Both the position numbers and the translations under genes were made by a program. From the human T2T-CHM13v2.0 reference genome, Homo sapiens, in NCBI RefSeq assembly GCF_009914755.1, contig NC_060932.1: a stretch of DNA of 64,000 nt, one strand, 5' to 3'. The notes under the pieces were generated by a model. That model did no database searches. It was not told where the DNA came from and saw only the letters and a list, made by a program, of their open reading frames with translations. The stretch's first letter is position 1, and the number at the start of each line of letters is the position of its first letter. Positions 26,990 through 43,595 of this stretch are shown here, one piece after another.

Positions 26990-29535
26990 GGTATACTATT
27001 TTATACTAAAGCAAAAATAGAAAAAGAAAAGAAAAAGGAAAATGATGTATCGTACTAACTAATTGAAACAAGCAAAATATCTACAGTGATATCAAAGTAG
27101 ACTTTAGGGCAAAAAAATTACCATAACCATAAAGGACCATTTGATAATCATAATTGGGTCAATCCAACAAGAAGATACAGCAATCCTAAATGTGTATGAA
27201 CCAAATATCAAGGCTTCAAAATACTTAAAACAAAAGCTAATAGATCTGAAAGGATCAATAGATACACTCCCATCTATAGTTATAGACTTCAACACTCAAC
27301 TGGTAGTAACTGTTAAAACTATAAGACAGAAAACTAGCAAAGATATAGAAGAACTGAACAAAAACATCAACCAGCAGAATCTAATTACTGTCTTTAAAAC
27401 CTGCTACTCAACTACAAAAACATGAATATTTTTGCAAGAGCCAGTAAAACAGCCAACAAAACATCATATCCTGGGTCCTAAAACAAATCTCAACACATTT
27501 AAAAGATTGGAAGTAATGTAGAGTATGTTGTCTTACCATAATGGAATCAAACTAGAAATCAATCACAGAAAGACAACAGAAAGATCTCCAAACAAACGGA
27601 AATTAAATAACATACTTTTAAACAACCTGTGAAAATGTCAGTGAAAATTTAAAAATACACAGAATTAAATGAAAATGAAAATATAGTATACAAAAAAATT
27701 GTTAGATGTTGCTAATTGATATGGAAAACAATACAGAAAAAGCAATAAAGACAAAAATTGGTTAAAAAAAAACTATAAAACTTATAACTCTCTAGTAAGA
27801 CTGACCAAAATAAAAAGAGAAAAGATACCCATCAACAATATCAGGAGTGAAACAGGATATACTACAGAACTTGCAACCATTAAAAGGTTAATAAGGGAAT
27901 ACTATGAATAATTTTATTCTCATAAATTTGACAACTTAAAAGATATTGGGAAGTTCCTTGAAACCACAACCTGCCAAAATTCAATCAAAATGAATAAATG
28001 ACCTCAATTGCCCTAAAACCAAAAAAGAAATTCGTAATTAAAATCTCCAAAACCTCTAGTTCCAGAAGCTTCAATGAAGAATTCCACCAAATATTTCTAA
28101 AAATTGACACAAATCTTATATAATCTTTTCCAGAATAAAATAGGCAATGCTTTTCAACACCTTTTATGAGGACAGTATAACCTTGACATCAAAGTCAGTC
28201 ATTCTACCAAAAGAACATTACAGACATATGTCTGTCATGAGCTTAGATGCAAAAATCTCCAGTAAAATATTAGCAAATCAAATTCAACAATGTATAAAAA
28301 TTATGGACAATGATCAAGTGAGATTTTTTTCTAGATATGCAGACTTCTCAAACATTTGAAAATAAATCAGCGTAATCACTATCTCAACAGGCTAAAAGAA
28401 GAGAATTTTATGATTATATCAATTGATGCAGGACAATAATTTGATAAAATCTAATACCCAATTGTGATTAAAACTCTCAGTTATAAATAGGGAGAAACTA
28501 CCCCAACTTGAGAGGGTGTGTCTATAAATAACTTACAGAAGCATCATTCTTAATTATAAAAGATGAAGTCCTTTCCCCTAAGACAGGGAACAAGGTAAAT
28601 ATATCCATCCTTATCACCCTTATTCAACATAGTACTGAAAATTCTAGCCATTGCATGCAATAAGGTAAGAAAAAGAAATAAATGGCATGTAAATTGAAAA
28701 AAAAAAGAAATAAAACTGCCCCTACATACAGACAACTAGTTTTCTGCATTAAAAAATCCCAAAGAATCAACTCAAAAAATTTGAATAAGCAAGTTCAGTA
28801 AGACCACAGGATACAACAATCAATATACAAAAATCAATTGTATTTCTATATAGTACAAATGATCACATGAAAAATTAAATGAAATAAAAATTACACTATT
28901 TTTAATTGCACAAAAAGTAAAATGCTTGGGGTAAACATAACCAGGCACAGAATTTTTATGCTGAATGCTATAGGACTATGAAAGAACTCAAAGAAGATTG
29001 GCGATACATACCATATTCATAGATAGGAAAACTCAGCATAGTAAACATGACAACTTTTACTAAATTGATACAGAGGCTTAGCACAATTTCTATCAAAATA
29101 CCAGCAAGGGTTTTGTATATATAGGCAAGATTATTTTATAATTTAAGTAGAAATTCAAAGAACTAGAATAGGTAAAACAATTTTTTAAAAACTGGAAGAA
29201 ATTACTCTCATTGTTATTGAAGCTTAACATATTGCCACAGTAATAAAGAGAATGTAGTATTGGTGGAGTGTTTGACACATAGATCAAATTAGATAACTCA
29301 GAAAAAGACACCTACAAAACTGATATTTTGATAAAGGTACAAGGAAATTTAATAGAGTAGCTTTTAAACAAGTGGTACTGGAGGCATTGGAAATACATAG
29401 CTAAAAAAAATTAACCTTAACCTAAATCTCACATCTTGTATGAAAATTAACTCAAAATGGATCACTTAGGTAGGAAATTGTAAATTATATTTAGATATAA
29501 AATTATAAATTTTGTAGGAAAAAGTAGGACTTTCT
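26990..29535 (+). mobile_element. L1 ORF2 central block (EN-RT), inverted relative to the flanking parts of the same element
   Basis: ORF 27141-27425 has GSIQQEDTAILNVYEPN; ORF 28147-28359 has YRHMSVMSLDAKISSKILANQIQQ. Confidence 0.88.
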
Positions 29536-29539
29536 CATA

Positions 29540-31460
29540 AAATAAATGACATAGTTTTGGATGATATGTTTCAAATTCACTCTGACTTTTAATCAGTGAC
29601 TTCAGACCATCTACATTTAAATTAATTATTTCTATGTTAGGAATTAAGCCTGTCATATTATTATTTGTTTAATATTTATCCTCTGTTTCTCATTCCCCTG
29701 TCTTTTCTTACCTTCCTGTAGGTTATTTGAATATTTTTAGGATTCTATCTTATTTTATTTATGCTTCATAGGAGTATATCATTTTGTATAGTTTACTTAC
29801 TAGTAGTTCTAGATATTATAATACACATGTGTAACTTATTTCATCCCACTGATGTCTATGTTTCACCATGCAAATGAAGTATTGAAATCTGATCACCATT
29901 TAGGTGTCTTTATCCTCCCCATGTTTTAAATTATCTCTAGTATTTCCTCTGTATACATTGAGCACCAAGCAGATATAATTTATCTTGTCATTAGACATGA
30001 TATAAGAAACTCTTAGGAAGAAGAATAATGCATATCTACCCCTGTTTTTATCTGTTTATGTTTTTTCCTTTTCTTTCCAAAGTTATATTCCTTCTTATGC
30101 CAGCATTTACTTTCTGTTTGGAGAGCTCCCTTTTTATTCATTTAAGTAATTCTCATAATTTCTTTATCTGAGAACATCTCTATTTCCCCTTCTTTCCTGA
30201 ATAGTTTTGAATACGGAATTCACGCTCATATTCTTTTTTTTTCAACATTTGAAAAATTTCTGTTTCTACACCATGATTTCTGATAAGAAATCCAATATCA
30301 TCAAATTTAAGTTCTGCTGTAGGCCATGTGCCATTTCTTTCTGGTTGCTTGTAAGATTTTTTTCTTCTTTGTCTTTAGTTTACAGAATTTTAGTCTGATG
30401 TGTCTGTACTTCACGTCTTTTGAAAATTTTCAGACATTATTTCTTCACTCTATCAGATTCAGATGTTTTCTCCTCTCCTTTTGGGACTCTGATGTTAAGA
30501 ACAGTAGGTCTTTTGATGTTTTTCCACAGGTCCAAGTCTCTACTCATGTTTTTTTCCCCCTCGGTTGTTCAGGTTAAGTGAATTCTAATGATCTGTCTGC
30601 AGGTTCCCTAACTCTATCTTCTGTCATCTTCACTTTGCCTTCTAGCAAATCATTTATTTAAATTATTGTATTTTTTAGTTCTACATCTTCTATTTCATTT
30701 TTTAAACAATTTTTATTTCTTTGCTAAAATGTTTTTTCATTTTAGTTCCTAATTATTTCCTAAAGGAATTTCATTATGGCTGCTCTAAATTCTTTGTCTC
30801 ACACATCTAATATCTGATTCATCTCAATTTTGGCTTCTGTTCATCATTTTCATTTGAGTTGTCATATTAATATCCAAATATCTAAGATACACTCAAATAT
30901 CGCTTGTCATATGGAGAACCAGGATCCACTAAATCCACTGGATCCTATTTAACTCTTCTGTTTCAGCAGGCAGCTGCACTGTTAAGGCTTAGTGTATAGG
31001 TGCTGGCCCGGCACTCTACAGCTCTATAATGTCACCTTGCATGCATATCAGGACTTATGCTGTCAGCAACGTGGGTGGTGTTTGGATTGGCCTCCTGGAT
31101 TCTGATGTTGACACTGCTGTGAGCACATTGGACCCCACTGACACTGAGTATGGGTCTCCCCACCAAGTCTCCACTTTGTTTCCTCTTTCCCAATCCCTTG
31201 GCCAGAAAGAGGAAGCCTTTTGTTTTCTTTTTTAATTTTTTCTGTCTATGCCTATTGGCCATAGGATGCAAGGCTTTCCAAAATCCAGCATGTATGAAAG
31301 ATAAAAATAAAAACTGTGGAAATCACCATAGTTATTGAAGTTTTAAGGACCCTAGCTAGCCTACTTTCCTCTTTTCCCATTTCAGAATTATTTTATGATT
31401 GTCTGGTGAATTATATCAAAGGTATCTAGTTCTACTGAGGAAAGGAGAAGGGAAAAGTCA
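29540..31460 (-). mobile_element. L1 ORF2 start, ORF1 and 5' region
   Basis: Minus ORF 29462-29656 has IINLNVDGLKSLIKSQ (EN N-terminus), with ORF1-like sequence upstream. Confidence 0.75.
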
Positions 31461-32074
31461 TTCCATCATTTATTTTCTCATATCTATTATTTTCAAGAAT
31501 AGCAGTATAAATATCATGATTTCTCTTTCTCTGTTTTAATATCTGTGCTTCTGATATTGATTCTAGATATGACTGACAGGTTCATGGCTCTAAATATGTA
31601 GGAAAGCAAAGGGATTATATAGAGAGGAAATTGTCCTGTAAAAATATTTTAAATGAGATGAATACACATTGTAATATAAATTTCAACTATATAAAACATA
31701 ACTAAACCAATATTTTAAATACTATACACACATATATAAACTTTTGAATTTTAGTTATAATCTGTGAAAAAAGATTCTTTAGTGAATAATATGATGTACT
31801 AGGCTTCTACCAGCAGAATTCTTAATATTACTAATTATTGATTTTAGGGCCTTTCACATGCTGTTCTATAATGAATGACTCCCTTCTCCAATATAAGCCT
31901 GAAAATATTTACCATCTGACTTTTCAGAAGATTTCCTTCATCAACCAGCAGAAAACCTTTGTGGACCTCTAGAATTTGAGTTTTGAGGTTTTAAATATAA
32001 AGTGAGAATTCTTACATTCCTTATTACACCATTTCTTCCTCACCCATAAGCCATCTATCTTTCACCTTGTCTTA

Positions 32075-33290
32075 TAATCATCCAATCATTTGTTTATTAG
32101 ACAAATATTTATTGAGTACTTATTTTTACCAGGCACCATGCAGCACTGAGAAAATATAATAGCAACAGTGAAAACATGGACATGGCTATGGCTCCTATGT
32201 TATTTCACTATCAAACATTTAGAAAGAGTGATCTTTGCTCTCTATAAATCACTCATTCACCCCTACACTTGAATATTAGTCTTTCTTCTCATCATTTTAC
32301 AAATATCAAAGATGATCAGACTTCTTAACCTCCAAATCACACTCTCTGGATCGATTATTTTCTTCCTTTATTCTCACCTTTCTGAATCAGTCCAACATGA
32401 AGGCTATCAAAATTATTTCACCACTTTTAGTTTTGTTTCAGTGGCCGATTCTCATTTTTTTCTAAACCTTAATTCAAGAATTTCCCATGTTTTGCCCTTA
32501 GATTTTTATCTCATATAACTACTCAATCTATGTATCAAGCCCTAATTTTTTTCCGACTCTAAATACATATTTCTGACCATCTAAGAGACATCGACGTGGG
32601 ATTTCCCAAAACCTTTTCAAGTCTAAAATGCCCCTGAACAGATCTTTCTCCTATAAAATAAATTATATTCCTAAAGTCTTATGATTCCAGGCAGTGCTCA
32701 AAATACAGGAAGGAAATGAAGCCGCATGACTTTTAATATTGCCCCCAAAAAATATGTATTGTGGACTGAGAATAGGAACAAAAGCAGAACCCTGAGGATG
32801 GCTGACGCTTCTGAGACAGGGAAAAGGAGGAGGAGCTGCAAAGGCAGAGCTCCTCAGGGAAGGGAGAGGTAGGAAGAATTCAGGGAAAATGCAATGTCAT
32901 GAAAGCAAAGGAACAGAGTGTTTTTTTTTTTTAAAGTAATAAATCAGTATCTCCTGCTTCCAGGAAGATCTGAAGAGTGAGAAATGAACGATAGAGATGG
33001 TATTTCTTAATAATTAGCCCTACAGAGTTTTCAGCAAGAGCGTATGTAGAAAACTGATTGGGTCAAGAGACAATCAGCAGGAGGCTGAGAAGTCAGTCAG
33101 TGAGTTGAGGTAAAGTGAAGACAACAAAGGCAAACATGTTTTCAAAGAAACCTGTAAAGCGGGGAGAAATGGAGTATAGTTATAGAGAGATGAGAGATGG
33201 AGTAGAGACTTTTTATCAAAAATACAGATGCTTGATGTTGACAGGAAAGAACATGGAAACAATTAAAAAGGGCCAACTTGAATATAGAAA
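32075..33290. mobile_element. Cluster of L2 fragments in both orientations
   Basis: L2 tail CAAATATTTATTGAGTACTTATTTTTACCAGGCACC, plus degenerate L2 body motifs. Confidence 0.55.
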
Positions 33291-33317
33291 AGAGAGAAGA
33301 TTGCCAATTGAGAACAA

Positions 33318-33338
33318 GTGTGTGTGTGTGAGAGCGCG

Positions 33339-33371
<33 letters not shown>
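33318..33371. repeat. Compound (TG)n microsatellite
   Basis: (TG)n-AGAGCGCGAGAG-(TG)n. Confidence 0.95.
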
Positions 33372-33374
<3 letters not shown>

Positions 33375-33654
33375 GGGGTGGAGTGTGATCCAAGAAAAAG
33401 TATCATAAAAGATCATTAAACAGAAGGAGGAAAACCTTTTCTTTCCCTCAGAGGAATTAGTATTTTCTCCTGCATTCCCACTTGTACTCCTTTCAAAGTC
33501 TCATCTTATAGCAAGCTTGTAATTATTTCTAGAAAATTGAACTTTCTATTTACCAAAATGTATCTGTATGTAGCCATCAGAAAATATTCTCTATTAAACA
33601 GGCTTTCAATATTTTACAAATTGGTAAAGACTCTCATCTCTACCATTTATTATA

Positions 33655-33795
33655 TTTGTCAAGTTGAGTTTCTCTGTGCTTCAGTTTCCTCATTTGAAAA
33701 ATGGTAATAGTACCTACTTCAGAATTATTGTTGAAGTTAAAATGCTTAGAACAATGCCAGGAACATGATACAGGCTCAATAATATTAGCTATTTT
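33655..33795 (+). mobile_element. MIR fragment
   Basis: TCTCTGTGCTTCAGTTTCCTCATTTGAAAAATGGTAATAGTACCTAC...GCTCAATAATATTAGCTATT. Confidence 0.8.
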
Positions 33796-34790
33796 TATTT
33801 ACCATCAAGTCTAAATTCCTCTGCTTCAGAAACTCTAGCTAGAAGTTTTTATATTTATCTCAAAGCTGGTCAAAAGTCTTTTTCTCATTATTCTCTGCAG
33901 AAATACTGCATTCATTGTCTCTTAGAATACTATCTCCTGGAATTCTTACTTCTTGGACAAGCTTATCCTGATCATATTTATTTTTCAACTTAATACTCCA
34001 AATTTCTATAAAGTATTTTTTAAACGTTCCTGTATTGACAACTTTCTTTTCACTCAGTCAATATCACTACATCTAAAGATTACATATACTATAAATGATT
34101 ACAGCATTTCTCTATAATGCTTTAATTTTTAAAAATAATTAATAGTCTTGTCTACAAAATAAGTTGTAACCTCCTTATAATAACATCATGTGGTATATTT
34201 ATATATGGGCATCTGGGTGTGATTGTGTGTCTTTCACCTTAACTAAGGGAGTAATGGACTGATGAACACATAAAGCTTACTCAACATAGGAAATGTGTCT
34301 TTCTGGACCTGAAGTATGAATGGGAAATAATCTCCCTTAAACATTAATGATCTCAGACATTTCCTTTCATGAGGTTAGGGTTTAATTTTACTTTAGCTAC
34401 TTGATTTAGTTACCTAAAACTGGAAATTATGCTAAAGTTATCAAGTCTACCTGAGACACATGAAGAAGTAAATACAAATCCTTCTGCACCTAACCCCCAC
34501 ATAATATGAAAAATGAAACTCTAATGAGTATAATTTCAAAAATGCAATTGTAAGATTTTTGTTGAAGGAGCCACTATAAAAAAAGTGAATCATCTCAAAA
34601 GAATAGCAGAAACTAATAGCCAAAACCTCAGAATATAGAAATATAGATAATGTGAAATAAGCATATTTTATATGTTTAAAGAAATAAGAGATGCCATACA
34701 AAGCAAGTGATATAAACAAGATACTATATTTAAAAGGCAAATTAGAATACCTAAAATAATTAAAATTTTATAATTAAAATCTCAATGGTG

Positions 34791-35082
<292 letters not shown>

Positions 35083-35140
35083 TTCTTAATGATTTCTTTA
35101 TATACTATATTACAATTACAATTATCTGAAAAAAGAATTA

Positions 35141-35368
35141 GAGTTGTCCTTTGATATATGTGAAGGATTGGTTCCAGGGCCCTCACATATACCAAAATCT
35201 GCACACATTCAAGTCCCACAGTTCACCCTGAGGAATCCAGGTATAGGGAAAGTCAGCCCTCTGTATACACAAGTTTCACATTCTACAAATACTGTGTTTG
35301 GTTGAAATAAATCTGCATGTATGTGAACCCATGCAGTTGAAACCCATCTTCTTCAAGGGGTGACAATA
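35141..35368 (+). mobile_element. MER8-like Tigger-derived MITE
   Basis: TIR-like ends AGTTGTCCTTTGA / TCAAGGGGTGACAAT. The internal GATTGGTTCCAGG...ATACCAAAATC...CAAGTCCC matches MER8. Confidence 0.8.
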
Positions 35369-35977
35369 GTGAACTGAAAACCTCCCCAAAATATAGCACA
35401 AAGGGACAAAGTAATAAGCACTATAAAAAAGAGGTTCCATTCTGGAGAACAAATAATAGAATGTGAATATATAATATGCAAATAAATGAAGTTACAGAAA
35501 AGCTGAATAGTGATAATGGAGACAAATAATATTTGAACTGACAAAAGGTGTGAAACATTACATTCAGGAATTCTAAAGAAATCCCAAGCATAGAACCTAC
35601 TAAAAACAAAAACAAGCAAACAAAAAACTGCTCTGGATAGATCATAGTGAAATTATAGAACACCAAAACAAAGAGTAGACATTAAAAGCAGCCTTATTTA
35701 AAAGACAGTTTGCATTTAAAGGAATGAGAGACTGAGTATAGACTTTTCAAGAGAAACAGCATAAAAAGGAAAGTAATGAAATAATAGCTTCAAAATGCTC
35801 AGGAAAAAAGAAAACTGCCAAAATAAAATTTTATACCTAGCTAAACTCTCATTTGAAAATGATAGTTAAAGACATTTTCTGACAAATAGAAACTGAGTAG
35901 TTTATCACCAACAGATCCTCACTAATGAAAATTGTAAAGGGTATACTTGAAGAAGATGGAAATGAAACCCAAACAGA

Positions 35978-36156
35978 AGGGCCCTCACATATACCAAAAT
36001 CTGCACACATTCAAGTCCCACAGTTCACCCTGAGGGATCCAGGTATAGGGAAAGTCAGCCCTCAGTATACACAAGTTTCACGTTCTACAAATACGGTGTT
36101 TGGTTGAGATAAATCTGCATGTATGTGAACCCATGCAGTTCAAACCCATGTTCTTC
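35978..36156 (+). repeat. TIR-less 179-bp copy of the interior of the neighbouring MER8
   Basis: Ungapped match to 35176-35354 with 7 mismatches (hand count). Confidence 0.95.
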
Positions 36157-36694
36157 TAGAGATGCAAGAAAAAACGGTAAGCAAAGTATTTGCTACATAG
36201 TTGGCCAAATTGATAAATATATTGAATATATTGAATGTCTATTTTTTATTATCATTTCCAGAATATAAAAATTGAAATAAAATACTAGACAATAATGACT
36301 TGTAAGACGGGAACAATTGCACACCAGGAGTAAGGAACAATTCCACACCAGGGAATGGGAGCAGTTTATCTAGATAGGCTATATAAGCAACGTATAAATG
36401 ATACCGAGATCACGTAATATCTCATTGTGGTTTAATTTGCATATCCTTAATGGCTAATGATATCAAACATCTTTTCATGTGTTTATTTGCCATCTAGTTA
36501 TCCACTTTGGTGAAACATCTGTTCATAACTTGTCTTTTTCTAAATGAACGGTTTGTGTGGATTTTTTACTATTGAGTTTTGCGTTATGTAATTCGTTTAT
36601 CATAAATGTGGTTGGCAAATATTTTTCCCTATTCTGTAGCTTACCTTTTCATCCTCCTCACAGAGTCTGTTACTCAGCAATAAATAGATTTATT

Positions 36695-36696
<2 letters not shown>

Positions 36697-36728
<32 letters not shown>
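36697..36728. repeat. (CA)n microsatellite
   Basis: Uninterrupted CA run. Confidence 0.95.
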
Positions 36729-36729
<1 letters not shown>

Positions 36730-36777
36730 TGGATGGATCTCAAGGGAAACATACTACATGGAAAAAGAAAAAACAAT

Positions 36778-37030
36778 AATCTCTGCCTCCATCTTTGCAT
36801 GAATCGTCATATGGCTTACTCCCCTATGTCTCTGTGTCTCACATCTCTCTCTCCTTTCTTTTATAAGAACACCAGTCATTTAGGGCACATCCTAAATCCA
36901 GGTTGATCTCAAGAGTCATAACTTTATTACATATACAAAGATTCTATATCCAAATAAGGTCACATTCACAGGTACTGACTAAGAGGAATTGGACGTATAT
37001 TTTTGAAGGACACACTTCAATCTACTACAA
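36778..37030 (-). mobile_element. MLT1 MaLR LTR fragment
   Basis: TTATAAGAACACCAGTCAT..TAGGGCACATCCTAAATCCA and CCAAATAAGGTCACATTCACAGGTAC. Confidence 0.75.
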
Positions 37031-37706
37031 TATAGCAGCACCATTAATAACATTTTACCATATCTACATTATTTTCCTTCATCTATTCCTGTCTCTCCAT
37101 CTTAGCCTCTGCCATGTGTGTATATAAACCACTGCAAACTAATTGCAGACATTATGCCTCTTTACTCCTAAATCTGTCAACATGTATTTTTAGAAACAAA
37201 AATAATCTCTTACATCACCACAGTAATATCAAATTCAAGAAATAAGGAATATAGGACCCATATTCTAATTTCACCAATTTTTCAATAATGTTCTTTGTAA
37301 CAATCTTGTTTTCTCTCTTAATGTAGAATCAAATCCATGGCCATGAATTGTATTCATTGTATGTGTCTTTATTTAGTTTCATTTAATCTAGAACAATTTC
37401 TCAGTCTTTCCTTTTATTTTACGACATCGATAGTGTTTTATTTATTTTGAGTTTGTTTTATTAAGTGCATGTAAGTTTAGAATTGTTCTATCATCTTGGT
37501 GCACTCCACCATGTATTACTATGTAGTTACTCTCTCTATCCTTAAAATGGTCTTTTGTCTTAAAGACTATTTTGTCTGAATTTGATATATCTATATCAGC
37601 TTTCCCTTTCTATTATTTGTCTGAAACATACTTTTTCATCTTTTTTAACATTTTTATGTCTTATGCTTTTAGTGTGCCTGGTTTGCCTGTATAAAAAATA
37701 TTTGTA

Positions 37707-41495
<3,789 letters not shown>

Positions 41496-41689
41496 AAATC
41501 TGTTGGATTTTAAAACCTCTTTACCATTAAGTTTGTGCAGAATGCTTTTTTAAAATTTTGGACTGTTCTTCCAAAGCCATTTCTCTCTTTTTAAAACATT
41601 TGCCTTAGGGGGAAAAATTCCTAGTGATTATGATGTTGAGTTTATGGAATCAAGTAAAGGATTCCTCTTGGAAGGGGATTATAGCAGTA

Positions 41690-41890
41690 AAACCATAGGC
41701 TTTGGGACCATATAGACTTGAATCCAAATCTTGACTCTGCTCCTAACTACTTATATGATCTTGAAGAGAGTCCTAAAGTTCTTTGTTGGTCAGGTTCTGT
41801 ATATGATAAAGAGTGCCCAGGCAGGGCAATTGTCAAGAGTAAAATGAGACAATGTCTGTCTCTGACATAGAGTAAAAACTCACAAAGTCT
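41690..41890 (+). mobile_element. MIR fragment
   Basis: CATAGGCTTTGGGACCATATAGACTTGAATCCAAATCTTGACTCTGC...TGATCTTG resembles MIR. Confidence 0.6.
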
Positions 41891-42815
41891 AATTTCTGTT
41901 CTTCTTGTGATTTACTACTGCACTCTTCCCTTACTAGACTGTTTTGTCTCTTACCTACTCCTGCTCACTAACCAGTTTTAGCTTTTGATTTTTTGATAAT
42001 CTTTTTTTATTTTATTGATACCTAAGGAGGTAAATGCAGAGAGAGTGAATAATTGTAAATCAAAAATCAATGCTTTGCTATTAAACTATAATTAATTTTA
42101 ATATGAATAGTTTAACCACTGCAGGACTAAAATGCAAACCTCTAATATGAAATAGTCAGTAGCTAAAGATTAAACATAGGACTGTTCACAACTGACAGGA
42201 ATTGTTTATTTTGTTAACATAAGCTTTTATCCATTTTAACTAAGATCTTCTCCCTTCATTATAGTCATTGAATTCTGTCGATTAATACATGATAGTGTTT
42301 AAATTTCATATTCCCAGCATTCTAGACTAGAGATTCATACCAGATCAATATTCACCTATTGTCACCTGTAATCAATATTTAATGTCTTACTTGAGCTAAT
42401 AAATGGTTATCTCTTCTAACAGATACTGAATATAATTTAAATTTGTGACTTTACTATTATTCTTTTCTACAGAAGACATTAGCCTTAATAGATAAGACCT
42501 ATCTCTACATGCAGAGCAATATAATTTACATCATATAACTTGTAAATTTCTAAATTGCAAATGTGTATATGTATAAGCATAGCATACATCTCAGAAAAAG
42601 AAAGTGCATAAAGTGAATATTTTTTGTGTTTTAATAACCTTGATTATTCTTTCTATGTGTGAGTTGAAGAAGTCAGCTTCCTTTAGGGTGATTTGTAAAA
42701 AAAAAAAAAAAAAAATCGTCTTTAAACTCTAGAATCACTGCAGGAGGGATGTTCAGACCATGAGAGGCACACAGTCACAGAGACATACTGAGGGAGGGAA
42801 TCACACAGTTACAGC

Positions 42816-43595
42816 TCCAGGTTCTGGAGCAGCTTTTCCTGATAACGCTGGGCAAATTGGACTCTTGCAACTATCAGCCACAACTTCAAAAGAGGTACAT
42901 CGAGTTTTAAATAAGCTACTGTGGATCTCCAGAAGGTTCCAGAACCTGGAATACAAGGAGTCAGAATCCCAGTGGAGAAACTTCTCCAGTGTGAAGAGGT
43001 AGGGTGTGGGGCCTTGCTGTGACCTCACGTTGTGTGGTTTGGAGAAAACCTGGAACCTACCATTCTGAAAGTTTGCCCTCTGTGACTGAACACCTCGCCC
43101 TATGCGACTTACGTTTAGTGGTGGGCAATTCCTCTATGGTGTACCTGGCAGCCATGTTTACCGCCATGTATCCGCCATGGGCATTCCAGGGGCTGACTTT
43201 AACACAGACACCACCCCAGCCACTAACGTATTCAGATTTCATTTCCAGGAACTAAAAATGTCCTCTGAGTCCGTGGCTGGCATCCAACCTGTTGATAAGC
43301 GATGGGGGCTTAGAAGTAGGAAAAGGAAGCGTATTTAGAAATCAGAGAACTGTAAAGAAAAATGCATGTTATTTGGTTTGAACTGAAACATAAGGTATCT
43401 TTTATGTTCTCAGTTATTGAATGAGAAAAAAAATTTTAATTAGGTTGTCTTAAAAAAAGTCGTTACCCTGTTTATATTTTCGTTATTTGGGCAAAGGTAG
43501 AAGGAGAGGGGTAAAACCTACTATTTTATTCTGATTTTTGCACAAGTTTTAGTAGAAAATTAAGTAATTCTCTACAAGAGGTTTTTTTAAAAAAA
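42816..43595 (+). pseudogene. SIRT5: SIRT5 processed pseudogene, 5'-truncated with 5' inversion (42816-42939 minus; 42938-43595 plus)
   Basis: Minus strand reads [41 protein letters not shown]. Plus strand reads [38 protein letters not shown]...[22 protein letters not shown]...[19 protein letters not shown]. Both match recalled SIRT5. Intronless, with a stop and frameshifts, followed by SIRT5 3'UTR-like sequence and a short A tract. Confidence 0.93.

Noticed and set aside
33074-33416. HT/CV-repeat ORFs
   Set aside because: They are translations of the (TG)n microsatellite.
36310-36352. Two copies of GGAACAATT(G/C)CACACCAGG; similar doublet at 48826-48868
   Set aside because: These are simple two-copy tandem slippage duplications, not CRISPR-like or regulatory arrays.
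42697-42715. A-tract as the polyA tail of the SIRT5 retrocopy
   Set aside because: It lies upstream, on the wrong side for a plus-strand copy, and I found no TSD.
42760-43338. Cluster of overlapping ORFs as a novel gene or a functional sirtuin
   Set aside because: Fully explained by the inverted, frameshifted SIRT5 retrocopy, which lacks its N-terminal half.
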